Shown piece after piece: positions 36,184 to 45,561 of a stretch of DNA of 64,000 nucleotides. Numbering within the stretch: the stretch's first letter is position 1; every line of letters starts with the position of its first letter. Origin of the DNA: Acidobacteriaceae bacterium (lineage in GTDB: Bacteria; Acidobacteriota; Terriglobia; Terriglobales; Acidobacteriaceae). The notes under the pieces are model-generated. The model searched no databases. It was not told where the DNA came from and worked only from the letters and a program-made list of their open reading frames with translations. A program made the position numbers and the translations under genes. Location of the stretch: assembly GCA_049579805.1 (NCBI GenBank), contig JBAUOP010000048.1, positions 27,136 through 91,135 of the forward strand, in the 5' to 3' direction.

Positions 36184-38346
36184 ATGCCTTCGCGCGCTTC
36201 GTTTCTCTTCGCCTCGCTTCTCCTCACCTCACTCGCCCTGGTAGGCGCGCAGACCGCATCGCAACCCAGCTCCCTCTTCGGCTACAAGGATTTCGCCGCG
36301 GAACAGGCGAAGACCGACCAGGCATTTCTGGCTGTGCCCAGCGCGAAGCTTGCCGGCGAAGAGCTGAAGATCATCACCGCAGAGCCCCACATTGCCGCCT
36401 CGCCCGAGGATTACAAGACGGCGCAGTATGTCGCCTCCAAATTCAAAGAGGCCGGTCTCGAGACCACGATCGTTCCCTACAAGGCGTGGCTCAACATGCC
36501 GAAAGAAGTCAAAGTTCAGGCCTGGGATGCTAACGGCAAGCTGCTGATGACCGGCCCGGTGAGAGAACACGTCGCCGGCAACGAGCCCTACCAGGACGAC
36601 CCCCGTGTCACACCGGCCTTCAACGGCTCGTCGCCGTCGGCCGACATCACTGCAGAAGTGGTTTACGCAAACTACTGCCGGCTCGAGGACTTCAACAAGC
36701 TCGCGGAGATGAATATCGATGTCGCGGGCAAAATCGTGATGTGCCGCTACGGCGGCAATTTTCGTGGTGTGAAGGTCTACATTGCCCAGGAAAAGCATGC
36801 CGCCGGAGTCCTCATTTACTCCGATCCCATGGACGACGGCTTCTACCGCGGCGACATGTATCCCCATGGGCCCTGGCGGCCGGCGACCTCCGTGCAGCGC
36901 GGGTCAGTGCAGTACATGTTTAAATATCCCGGCGATGCGCTCACCCCCGGCATTGCCTCGCGCCCCGACCTGCCTGCCTCTCAGCGGATCAAGCCCGAAG
37001 ACGCCGCAAGCCTGCCGAAGATTCCTTCCGAGCCGCTTTCGTCCCACGATGCGGCGCCGATCCTGGAGCATCTGGGCGGACCCGACGCGCCCCGTGAATG
37101 GCAGGGCGCTTTGCCCTTCACCTACCACATCGGCCCGGGGGTCAAAGTCCACCTGCTGCTCAAAATGGACTACGAGTACTCGACCATCTGGGACGTGATC
37201 GGCAAAGTTCCCGGCACCGAGTTCCCCAATGAGTGGGTGGTAGCGGGCAACCATCGCGATGCCTGGGTCTACGGCGCAGTCGATCCCAACAGCGGCACCG
37301 CCGCCATGCTGGAAGCCGTCCACGGCATTGGAGCGTTGCTGAAGACCGGCTGGAAGCCGAAGCGCACCATCTTCTTCTGCAGCTGGGACGCCGAGGAATG
37401 GGGCCTCATCGGCTCCACGGAATGGGCTGAAGACCACGCCGATCAGCTGGCGCACGCCGTAGCCTACTTCAACACCGACGTCGGCGTCGCCGGCCCGAAC
37501 TTCGACGCCTCCGCCGTGCCCTCGCTCAAGGATTTCGTCCGCGCAATCACCAAAGAGGTTCCCAGCCCCAAAGGCGGCAGCGTTTACGAGCAGTGGAAGA
37601 AAACGCAGGCCGAAGCCGCGGCCCGCCACTACATGGGAGTGCAGGAGCATGCCAGCCAGCAGAGCGCACCCGTCGAACACGACGTGCGCATCGGCGATCT
37701 CGGCAGCGGCTCCGACTTCACGCCGTTCATTCAGCACCTCGGCGTGCCCTCGACCGATGTTGGCTCCCAAGGTCCTTACGGCGTCTATCATTCCGTCTTC
37801 GACGACTACGCCTGGTTCGTCCAGAACGCTGACCCGACCTTCGCCTATGAGCAGGAGATGGCCCGCATCTTCGGCCTCCAGGTGCTGCACATGGCTGATG
37901 CCGACGTGCTCCCCTACAACTACGTCACCTACGGCAAACAGCTGACCGCCTACCTCGAAGCCGCGCAGAAAAAGGCCAGCGATGCCGGCATGCAGCATCT
38001 CGACTTCGCTCCCGCGCTGGCCGCCGCACAGAAGTTCACCGATCTGGCGCAGCAGGTGAGAGAGAAGCAGGAGAACCCCGGGGAAATTGCCGATCTGCGC
38101 TCGTTCAACAACCAGCTCCGCAATGTCGAGGAAGGCTTGCTGAACCAGGCGGGTCTGCCCGGACGCCCCTGGTACAAGCACACCATCTATGCCCCGGGCG
38201 AATACACCGGTTACTCGGCGGTAGTGATTCCCGGCGTGAACGAGGCCATCGACGCAAAGAACGGCACACGCGCCCAGCAGCAGATGACAGCTTTAAACGA
38301 CGCCCTCGGCCGGGCCGACGGCACCCTGGAGGCGCTGGCGAAATAG
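36184..38346 (+). CDS. Secreted M28-family metallopeptidase, glutamate carboxypeptidase II (PSMA/NAALADase)-like with PA and TfR-dimerisation-like domains
   Basis: 720 aa with a signal peptide. The PA-domain region is GKIVMCRYGGNFRGVKV..A...GA.GVLIYSDP.D. The M28 core is GNHRDAW.YGA.DPNSGTA...WDAEE.GLIGSTEW. The C-terminus has the helical domain typical of PSMA homologues. Confidence 0.88.
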   Translation: MPSRASFLFASLLLTSLALVGAQTASQPSSLFGYKDFAAEQAKTDQAFLAVPSAKLAGEELKIITAEPHIAASPEDYKTAQYVASKFKEAGLETTIVPYKAWLNMPKEVKVQAWDANGKLLMTGPVREHVAGNEPYQDDPRVTPAFNGSSPSADITAEVVYANYCRLEDFNKLAEMNIDVAGKIVMCRYGGNFRGVKVYIAQEKHAAGVLIYSDPMDDGFYRGDMYPHGPWRPATSVQRGSVQYMFKYPGDALTPGIASRPDLPASQRIKPEDAASLPKIPSEPLSSHDAAPILEHLGGPDAPREWQGALPFTYHIGPGVKVHLLLKMDYEYSTIWDVIGKVPGTEFPNEWVVAGNHRDAWVYGAVDPNSGTAAMLEAVHGIGALLKTGWKPKRTIFFCSWDAEEWGLIGSTEWAEDHADQLAHAVAYFNTDVGVAGPNFDASAVPSLKDFVRAITKEVPSPKGGSVYEQWKKTQAEAAARHYMGVQEHASQQSAPVEHDVRIGDLGSGSDFTPFIQHLGVPSTDVGSQGPYGVYHSVFDDYAWFVQNADPTFAYEQEMARIFGLQVLHMADADVLPYNYVTYGKQLTAYLEAAQKKASDAGMQHLDFAPALAAAQKFTDLAQQVREKQENPGEIADLRSFNNQLRNVEEGLLNQAGLPGRPWYKHTIYAPGEYTGYSAVVIPGVNEAIDAKNGTRAQQQMTALNDALGRADGTLEALAK

Positions 38347-38425
38347 GAGACGACATTTGTCATCTGCCTTTGGATCCGCCCTCGTCGCCCGCAGGGCTGC
38401 GCGAGCCGTTTGAGCCGTGTCTGCT

Positions 38426-38737
38426 TCAGACTTCCGGCGCGTCCCGCTGCAGCACGCACTCGTAGTGCTCCACCACAGGCGGCTCCGCAAAGTAGGCTCC
38501 GATGAGCTGCCGCCACTCCCCAAAGGCCGGCGACTGCCGGAACCCGACCGTGTGCGCCTCCAGCGTCTTCCACCGCACCAGCAGCAGATAACGCCCCGGC
38601 GTTTCCATGCAGCGCTGCAGCTCGTGTCCAAGGTAGCCGGGCGATCCGGCAATGACCGGCGCAGCCTTCGCCATGGCGGCTTCCAATGCGGACTCCTGCC
38701 CCGCATGCACCTTCAGCATCGCAACTTCCAGGATCAT
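38426..38737 (-). CDS. Antibiotic-biosynthesis-monooxygenase (ABM) domain protein
   Basis: 103 aa. KVHAGQESALEAAMAKAAPVIAGSPGYLGHELQRCMETPGRYLLLVRWKTLEAHTVGFRQSP.F..W is the ferredoxin-like ABM pattern. Confidence 0.85.
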   Translation of the reverse strand: MILEVAMLKVHAGQESALEAAMAKAAPVIAGSPGYLGHELQRCMETPGRYLLLVRWKTLEAHTVGFRQSPAFGEWRQLIGAYFAEPPVVEHYECVLQRDAPEV

Positions 38738-38808
38738 GTCAGCAGTTTAGCTGCTCGCCTCTGTCGTCCGTCCCGCTGCCCGATGATGGTAGCCACGCCG
38801 CAGCCCGC

Positions 38809-39279
38809 TTACAGTTGCTTTGGCGTCGGCGGGACTTCGGCTTCCATCTTTTCCTGATCCCGATTCGTGCGGTAGTCGATGATCCCCTGCCTCGCTCCGG
38901 AAACCGAAAGCGGCCCCGGCCCCACAATCAGCAGGAATATCAGCCCCAGCAGCATGCTGAAGTCGGCGCGCGCATCGTGCAGCATGAACCACACGCCCTG
39001 ATTGACGTGGAACAACTCCGGAATTTTCGTTGTTCCGATTGCCGTCAGGATCACCGCCAGCAGCGGCAGCGTCGCCAGGCGCGTGAGGATGCCGATGATC
39101 AGCAGCGCGCCGCAGAAGATCTCCGCGAAGCCGACAAACGGGGCCATGAACTGCGACAGCGGAATCCCAATGGCCTGAAACCGCCCCACGCCCAGTGCGT
39201 TGGGGAACAGAAACTTCTGAATCCCCTCGGAGATGAACACCCAGCCCACCAGAATCCGAATCAGAATCACGGCCCTCAT
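38809..39279 (-). CDS. DoxX-family membrane protein
   Basis: 156 aa. ILIRILVGWVFISEGIQKF...APFVGFAEIFCGALLIIGILTRLATLPLLAVILTAI matches DoxX. Confidence 0.85.
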   Translation of the reverse strand: MRAVILIRILVGWVFISEGIQKFLFPNALGVGRFQAIGIPLSQFMAPFVGFAEIFCGALLIIGILTRLATLPLLAVILTAIGTTKIPELFHVNQGVWFMLHDARADFSMLLGLIFLLIVGPGPLSVSGARQGIIDYRTNRDQEKMEAEVPPTPKQL

Positions 39280-39372
39280 TGCATCGCCTCCGTGACAACG
39301 AAATCAGAAAGTCGCTCGAACCGGGTTAGATGCCAAAAGGGCGACTCGGCGAACCGCTCGACGCGCAGTCCC

Positions 39373-41250
39373 CTACCTGGCCTCTTCCTCCTCGACTGCA
39401 TCGCCTTCGCCGGGCGCCAGGAAGAGATTCTCCTCGAGGCCATGCTGCCGCGTGTACAGGTCATAGTACCGGCCGCCCAGCGCGTACAGGCTCTGGTGCG
39501 TACCCCGCTCTACTACTAATCCGCCCTCGACCACCAGAATCTGATCCGCTCGCCGGATGGTCGACAGCCGGTGGGCGATCACAAAGGTCGTCCGCCCCTG
39601 CATTAAGTAACTGAGGCCATGCTGAATCATTGCCTCCGACTCGGAATCGAGCGACGAGGTCGCTTCATCCAGAATCAGAATACGCGGGCTGGCCAGGATG
39701 GCGCGCGCAATCGACAGCCGCTGCCGCTGGCCGCCCGACAGCTTCACGCCGCGCTCGCCCACTATGGTGTCGTATCTCTCAGGGAACCGCTCCGCAAACT
39801 CGTCCACGCGGGCGATGCGGCACGCATTCAGGAATTCCTCTTCCGTCGCCTCCGGATGCGAGAACATCACGTTCTCTTTGATGGTGCCGTCGAAAAGGAA
39901 GGATTCCTGCAGCACCACGCCGAGTTGCGAACGATAACTATCCAGCCGCACAGTCGCCAGATCGATGTCATCCACCAGCACGCGCCCGCTGTCCGGCTTG
40001 TGGAACGCGCAAACCAGGCTGATGATCGTCGATTTCCCCGAGCCCGATGAGCCCACCAGCGCCGTCACCGTGCCCGGCCGTGCCTCAAAGCTGATCCCAT
40101 GCAGCACCGGCTTCTCTGGATCGTAGGCGAAGCGCACATCGTCGAACTGCAGATCGCCGACAATCTCAGTCAGCGTGTTCACCCGCGCCGGATCGGCGAA
40201 CTCATCCCGCTCGCCCAGGATCTCCATGGTGCGATCGATGCCCGCCACCGCTTCCGTCAGCTGCGTCCCGATGTTCACCACCTGGAAAACCGGCGCGATC
40301 ATGAACGCCAGAAACGCGCCGTACTGCGTGTAATCGCCGGCCGTCATATGCCCGCCCAGGGCCAGGTGGCCGCCCAGCAGCATCACCAGACCGCCGACCA
40401 CTCCGAGCACCGTCGTCGCCGCCATCGACAGCAGCGAAGTCGCCGTGAGCGAGTGCATCACGTTATCCAGAAGCCGCAGCACGCCGACAGAAAACACGCC
40501 CGCCTCGCGCTTCTCCGCGTGGTAGCCCTTCACCACGCGTACGCCGCCCAGCGATTCCGTGAGCCGCCCGGTCACCTCGCCCGTGATCTTCGCCCGTTCG
40601 CGGAAAATCGGCCGAATCGTTTTAAACGCCCGCTGCAGCACAATCACGAAAACCGCGACTACAGAGAAAACGATCAGCGTCATCTTCGGCGCGCGATGCA
40701 GCAGGAAGAAGAAGGCCATGACCGCTGTCAGCAGCCCACCGACAAACTCCACCAGGCCGGTGCCGACCAGGTTCCGCACGCCCTCCACGTCGTTCATGAT
40801 GCGCGACACCAGCACGCCCGTACGGTTCGCGTCATAGAAGCTCACCGCCAGCCGCCCCACATGCTGCTGCACCTGCTGCCGCAGGTCGGCGATCATCCGC
40901 TGCGCCGCCTTCGACAGCAGTTGCGTGTTCGAGAACGACGTCACCGCCTGCACCAGCGTGGCCAGAAACACCTCGACCACCAGCCGCGGCAGCAGCTCCC
41001 CGTGATGCTTCGTGATCACCTGATCGACGAACGGCTTGGTGAGGAACGGCAGCACCAGCCCCGCCACACGGTTGATGGCCACCAGCAGCAGGCCCGCCAG
41101 CAGCAGCCATTTCCGCGGCTGCACCAGCTTCCAGATCTCCGGCATCGCCTTTTTGAGATCGGTCTTCTTCTTCGGCAAATCGGCACGGGCCCGCGCGCGC
41201 GCGCCGCCACCGCGCTCGGCATTCATCCTCGGGATGGATCCCATGGCCAT
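39373..41250 (-). CDS. ABC exporter, fused permease/ATPase (MsbA/MdlB-like)
   Basis: Six-TM ABC_membrane domain followed by Walker A GSSGSGKST, the signature LSGGQRQRLSIARA, and Walker B ILILDEATS. 625 aa. Confidence 0.93.
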   Translation of the reverse strand: MAMGSIPRMNAERGGGARARARADLPKKKTDLKKAMPEIWKLVQPRKWLLLAGLLLVAINRVAGLVLPFLTKPFVDQVITKHHGELLPRLVVEVFLATLVQAVTSFSNTQLLSKAAQRMIADLRQQVQQHVGRLAVSFYDANRTGVLVSRIMNDVEGVRNLVGTGLVEFVGGLLTAVMAFFFLLHRAPKMTLIVFSVVAVFVIVLQRAFKTIRPIFRERAKITGEVTGRLTESLGGVRVVKGYHAEKREAGVFSVGVLRLLDNVMHSLTATSLLSMAATTVLGVVGGLVMLLGGHLALGGHMTAGDYTQYGAFLAFMIAPVFQVVNIGTQLTEAVAGIDRTMEILGERDEFADPARVNTLTEIVGDLQFDDVRFAYDPEKPVLHGISFEARPGTVTALVGSSGSGKSTIISLVCAFHKPDSGRVLVDDIDLATVRLDSYRSQLGVVLQESFLFDGTIKENVMFSHPEATEEEFLNACRIARVDEFAERFPERYDTIVGERGVKLSGGQRQRLSIARAILASPRILILDEATSSLDSESEAMIQHGLSYLMQGRTTFVIAHRLSTIRRADQILVVEGGLVVERGTHQSLYALGGRYYDLYTRQHGLEENLFLAPGEGDAVEEEEAR

Positions 41251-41264
41251 CGAAAAATCAGCTG

Positions 41265-41296
41265 CCGGCTACTCGCTACAGGCTACTGGCTACCAG
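41265..41296. repeat. Degenerate heptamer micro-tandem repeat (GGCTAC family)
   Basis: ccggcta ctcgcta caggcta ctggcta ccag. It spans the stop and last codons (QLVASSL*) of the small membrane protein gene and the gap to the ABC exporter start. Confidence 0.7.
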
Positions 41297-41659
41297 TTGT
41301 CTTCTAGCCTTGATGAACGAGCGCACGCAAAGAAGCACATAAATCAGCATCAGGCCCGCCATCCACAGCTTCGCGGTTTCCGCCGAAATCAGATACGTGC
41401 CTAACGTAGGCTTGCCGTACCCGCGAATCCCCTCCACCAGGCCGCCGATGAAGCCAAGCAGCCCAATCGTTACATTGACGTGCATGAAGAGCTTGCGCCG
41501 GCCCTCCTTCGGGCTGATGGCCAGAATGCCGAAAATCCCCAGCGCCAACCCCCACCAAAACGGGATCAGCGCCGTGGGATGCTGGCTTCCGCTGCCCAGA
41601 TATCCCACCAGCCCCAGCGCGACCATCAGCACCGCAAACACCAGCGTCAACTTTGCCAT
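41276..41659 (-). CDS. Small 4-TM membrane protein (unknown family)
   Basis: The ATG at 41659 is preceded by GGGAGGAC. MAKLTLVFAVLMVALGLVGYLGSG...WWGLALGIFGILAI...VNVTIGLLGFIGGLVEG...AKLWMAGLMLIYVLLCV. The rest of the 364-aa track ORF is antisense to the GT39-like gene. Confidence 0.65.
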   Translation of the reverse strand: MAKLTLVFAVLMVALGLVGYLGSGSQHPTALIPFWWGLALGIFGILAISPKEGRRKLFMHVNVTIGLLGFIGGLVEGIRGYGKPTLGTYLISAETAKLWMAGLMLIYVLLCVRSFIKARRQLVASSL

Positions 41660-41755
41660 AAAGTCCTCCCGTTCCGTGTTCCCCCAGTCTACTGGAGTGG
41701 CGACGCACGCCGCTGCGCGTGCTCGGCCTGACCGCGTCTGCCGCAAGACCTTAAA

Positions 41756-43330
41756 ATGGCTTCGAACATGCTCGAGCTCGCTGATCGCCTCTCTCTCCCG
41801 GCAAGAATCGTGGGCTCGGGTATCCTCGGCTTCTGTTTCCTCTGGTTCGCCGTCACAACGTTCCATTGGCCGCTGGTCGGCGACGCGTCTCTCATGCACT
41901 ACGTCGCTTTCCTCATGAACCATGGCCGATTTCCTTACAGAGACGTCGCCGAAATCAATATGCCAGGTGCGTTCCTCACGGATGATGCGGTCATGCACAC
42001 GCTCGGTCCCGGTTCGCTGGCCTGGCGTCTCTTCGATCTGCTCCTGATCGTTGCAGCCACGGCGGCGATGGTTGCGATCGCACGACCCAACGACTGGTTC
42101 GCCGGACTCTTCTCCGGTGTGCTGCTGGGGCTCCTTCACGGCCGCGATGGCATCTTCGATATGGGTCAGCGCGACTTCGTGGTCGCGGTGCTCATCCTCG
42201 TCGCCTATACCGCGCTTTTTCGCGCGACCCGGAGAGGTTCGCCGCAGTGGATGTTCGTCTTCGGACTTGGCGCAGGCATGGCGACGAGCATTAAGCCGCC
42301 CTTCCTCCTGTTGGCGCCCGCGGTCCTCATTTTTCTGCTGATCGCTCGCCCCACCAAGGCGCGTCCCCAACTCGCTTTCATTCTGTATGCCAGCGCAGGA
42401 TTCGTACTGCCACTGGTTGCAATCTGTGTTTGGTTATGGCATGCACATGCTCTGCACAGCCTCGTCTTTGTCACCTCCGGTCTCGTGCGATACCACGCCA
42501 GCCTGGCGCGTCGGCCGCTCAGTTACCTTCTTATCCACTCGATCTCGCCGTTGCTGCCCCTCGTGGTGCTTTGGCTGTTAGTGGCGTTCTTTCAGCAAGA
42601 GGGCTGGCCGGCATGGGAACGCATGACTCTCGTTCTCGGAGCGGCCATCGGACTGCTCTCGTTCGTTGTCCAGGGCAAAGGCTATCCGTATCAGCGCTAC
42701 CCCTTCCTGGCTTTCCTTCTGCTGCTGATGGGGTTGGACTTTACCGCTGCTGCCCGAAAACGCGGTCTGCCCCGCATGGCGGGTGTCGCTGGCCTGGCGT
42801 TTGGAATTCTGTTTGTCGCACCCGCGTCAGCCCGTATCGCCAGCCGCTATGACTGGCGCAATACGGACTTCGTGACATTCCTGCGACAGGATCTGAATCG
42901 CCTCGGCGGCCCAAAGCTCTCCGGACGCGTGCAGTGCCTCGACACGAACGGCGGCTGCTATAACGCTCTGTACGACAGCCGGCTGATTCAGAGCACCGGC
43001 TTCCTCTATGACGAGTTTCTCTTTGGGCCTGAACGGAATGGCGTGGTCGCAGCCAGCCGCAAAGAATTCTGGAACTCCGTTCAGGCTCACCCCCCCGCGG
43101 TCTTCATCGTTGTCAACAACCTGTTCCCGGTGGGACCTCCGGGGTTCGGGAAGCTGGCGCTGTGGCCGCAGTTTGATTCTTATCTACAGGCGAACTACCT
43201 CATCTACGACACAGTTTCCCCGCCGCCGCCCCGCTGGTGGAACCGCCAGAATCACCGCCGAGGCTATCGCATCTACCTGATCCGGGCGCAGTCACCGCCG
43301 TCCCTCAGCAAAGACGGCTCGCAGCATTGA
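41756..43330 (+). CDS. Polytopic membrane protein, GT39/ArnT-PMT-like glycosyltransferase family (tentative)
   Basis: 524 aa with about 10 N-terminal TM helices and a soluble C-terminal domain. The first loop GDASLMHYVAFLMNHGRFPYRDV resembles the Asp-containing loop of GT-C enzymes. The family call was not verified. Confidence 0.6.
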   Translation: MASNMLELADRLSLPARIVGSGILGFCFLWFAVTTFHWPLVGDASLMHYVAFLMNHGRFPYRDVAEINMPGAFLTDDAVMHTLGPGSLAWRLFDLLLIVAATAAMVAIARPNDWFAGLFSGVLLGLLHGRDGIFDMGQRDFVVAVLILVAYTALFRATRRGSPQWMFVFGLGAGMATSIKPPFLLLAPAVLIFLLIARPTKARPQLAFILYASAGFVLPLVAICVWLWHAHALHSLVFVTSGLVRYHASLARRPLSYLLIHSISPLLPLVVLWLLVAFFQQEGWPAWERMTLVLGAAIGLLSFVVQGKGYPYQRYPFLAFLLLLMGLDFTAAARKRGLPRMAGVAGLAFGILFVAPASARIASRYDWRNTDFVTFLRQDLNRLGGPKLSGRVQCLDTNGGCYNALYDSRLIQSTGFLYDEFLFGPERNGVVAASRKEFWNSVQAHPPAVFIVVNNLFPVGPPGFGKLALWPQFDSYLQANYLIYDTVSPPPPRWWNRQNHRRGYRIYLIRAQSPPSLSKDGSQH

Positions 43331-43369
43331 CGGATCCTGAACTCTGAATGCCGATTCTGATTCAGATCC

Positions 43370-44458
43370 CTATCTCTGAATCCGCGCCGAGCCGCCCTGC
43401 GCCACGGCGCGCACCTGCTCGAGCGTCGCCATCGTAGTGTCGCCGGGGAAGGTCGTCAGCAGCGCGCCGTGCGCCCAGCCCAGCTTCGTCGCCTCGTCCG
43501 GCCCAACGCCGGTGAGCAGTCCGTAAAAGAATCCCGCCGCGAAACCGTCGCCGCCGCCCACGCGATCGTAGACGTCCAGCTCGGCGGTTGGAGCCGTGTA
43601 CGTCTTGCCGTTCACCCAGGCCACCGCGCTCCAGCTGTGCCGATTGGTCGAGTGCACCTCGCGCAGCGTAGTTGCGACGACCTTGACCTTTGGGTACTTC
43701 TTCACGACTTTGTCGATCATCGCGACGAAGGCGCTCGGGTCCAGCTTCGATTTGCTTTTATCCTCCGCCTTCGGGCCTTGCACGCCCAGACCCTTCTGCA
43801 AATCCTCTTCATTGCCGACCAGGACATCTACGTGCTCCACGATATGACCGATCGTCTCCACCGCTTTGTCCGCGCCCCCCGAAACCTTCCACAGCTTCTC
43901 GCGAAAATTCAGATCGAAAGACGTCACCGCGCCGGCAGCCTTCGCCGCCTGCATCATTTCCACGGTTATATCGCCCGTGGTAGGCGACAGCGCCGCAAAG
44001 ATGCCTCCGCTGTGCGCCCACTTGACACCGCCCGCAAAGATCGCCTTCCAGTCGAAGTCGCCCGGCCGCAGCTGCGCCGCCGCCTCGTTGCAGCGGTTGT
44101 AGAACACCACCGGCGGCCGCACGCCATAGCCGCGATCGCTGTACACCGTCGCCATGTTGGGCCCGTCCACGCCGTTGTGCTCGAAATGCTTATAAAAGGG
44201 ATGGACGCCCATCGCCCGCACGCGCTCGGCAATCAGGTCGCCGATGGGATAGTCCACCATCGCGCTGGCAATGCCTGTCTTCAGCCGGAAGCAATCGGAC
44301 AAATTCGCCGCAACATTGAACTCGCCGCCGCTCACGTGGATTTTGCACTCGGTCGCCTTGCGGAACGGCACAATGCCGGGGTCGAGCCGGTGCACCAGCG
44401 CGCCCAGCGACAGAAAATCCAGTTCAGCGTCCTGTCGAATCTTCAGCACCTCGGTCAT
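43370..44458 (-). CDS. PfkB-family sugar kinase (2-keto-3-deoxygluconate-kinase-like)
   Basis: 362 aa. The C-terminal DRVGGGDGFAAGFFYGLL is the PfkB ATP/anion-hole motif. N-terminal LSLGALVHRLDPG. Confidence 0.88.
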   Translation of the reverse strand: MTEVLKIRQDAELDFLSLGALVHRLDPGIVPFRKATECKIHVSGGEFNVAANLSDCFRLKTGIASAMVDYPIGDLIAERVRAMGVHPFYKHFEHNGVDGPNMATVYSDRGYGVRPPVVFYNRCNEAAAQLRPGDFDWKAIFAGGVKWAHSGGIFAALSPTTGDITVEMMQAAKAAGAVTSFDLNFREKLWKVSGGADKAVETIGHIVEHVDVLVGNEEDLQKGLGVQGPKAEDKSKSKLDPSAFVAMIDKVVKKYPKVKVVATTLREVHSTNRHSWSAVAWVNGKTYTAPTAELDVYDRVGGGDGFAAGFFYGLLTGVGPDEATKLGWAHGALLTTFPGDTTMATLEQVRAVAQGGSARIQR

Positions 44459-44609
44459 TGTGCCGTCTCCTCTTTCTCTAAGGATGCAAAGCCACGGGTT
44501 CGGTGACGGCCATCTTCTCGAAATTCGTAAGCAGAGCCTTCACGCGCGGAATAACCTCCTGCACGGCGCGCAGCGATGACATCGTATAGGGTGGTCATCT
44601 GTTTTCAGA

Positions 44610-45530
44610 CTATGCGTGGCCCGCTTCCAGCTTCTGTAAGTCCCCCAGCACCTGCTCGGGCGTCCACTCATTCCCCGGATACCACTTGTAGAGCTTGCCG
44701 TCCGGCGCGATCACCACCGTCGAGAGCGAATGCGTGATCGTCGTATTCTTTTCCGGTGTCGCCCCGATATCGAAGAAATGCTGCACTTTCGGCAGCTCCT
44801 TCTCGCTCGGCGCCGCAAAATCCCAGTGTTTGAACGTCTCCTTCGAGTAGTTCCCCGTGTACGCGCCGCCGTAACTGCGCAAAACCTTCGGCGTGTCGTA
44901 GGCAGGATCGAAGCTCACGCTGAGCAGATGCGTTTTCGCGTACAGCGCCGGGTCTTTCTGGAGCGTCTTGTCGATTTTCGCGAAATTCCGGCTCATGCGC
45001 ACGCAGAAATTCGGCAGCGGGCACCGCGTGTAGATGAAGGTCATCAGCAGCACTTTGCCTTTGAACTGCGATAACCGAATCATTTTGTCGCTCTGGTTGC
45101 GAAACGCGAAGTCCGGGATCGTCTCGCCCGGTTCCAGATCGTTGAAGCTCACCGCCGGCTTATAGTCCGGCTTCGCCTGCGCGATCACGACAATCTGATC
45201 CAGATAATCGGCATTATTCGTCGGCGTCAGCACCGCCGTGATCGTGTCGCCGGGATGCAACTCCGTCGCGATGTTCGGCTGCCGCAGCGTGTAGGGCATG
45301 GTCATTGCCGCCATATAACCGGGGATCGCCTGCGTATCGAGGGTCACCTGCCCGGACTTTGCATCGCTCGACACCACCACGCCGCGAAGGTTGTACTGCT
45401 TCACCCCCGCCTGCTGGCCGGGCACACCGCCGCCGGTCGCCGTCCCGCGGCAACCGCCCAAAAACACAACCACCGCCAGAACCGCGGCGGTGGCCAAAAC
45501 AGTGGAAATATGAGAACGGATCAGCTTCAC
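44610..45530 (-). CDS. SCO1/SenC-family thioredoxin-like lipoprotein with N-terminal CusF-like metal-binding domain
   Basis: Lipobox FLGGC. YNLRGVVVSSDAKSGQVTLDTQAIPGYMAAMTMPY is a CusF-like beta-barrel pattern. GKVLLMTFIYTRCPLPNFC....F, followed by THSLSTVVI, is the SCO pattern. Confidence 0.8.
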   Translation of the reverse strand: MKLIRSHISTVLATAAVLAVVVFLGGCRGTATGGGVPGQQAGVKQYNLRGVVVSSDAKSGQVTLDTQAIPGYMAAMTMPYTLRQPNIATELHPGDTITAVLTPTNNADYLDQIVVIAQAKPDYKPAVSFNDLEPGETIPDFAFRNQSDKMIRLSQFKGKVLLMTFIYTRCPLPNFCVRMSRNFAKIDKTLQKDPALYAKTHLLSVSFDPAYDTPKVLRSYGGAYTGNYSKETFKHWDFAAPSEKELPKVQHFFDIGATPEKNTTITHSLSTVVIAPDGKLYKWYPGNEWTPEQVLGDLQKLEAGHA

Positions 45531-45561
45531 CTGCCAGTTTACACTGGATCAGCGACTCCCC

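Noticed and set aside
44455-44598. Two small minus-strand ORFs in the SCO-pfkB gap: a 47-aa ORF ending in ATGA overlap with the pfkB start, and a 34-aa ORF MSSLRAVQEVIPRVKALLTNFEKMAVTEPVALHP (44478-44582)
   Set aside because: Both are below any size at which I can judge coding potential by eye, and they are mutually exclusive frames. The 34-aa frame has about 70% GC3, which is suggestive but not sufficient.
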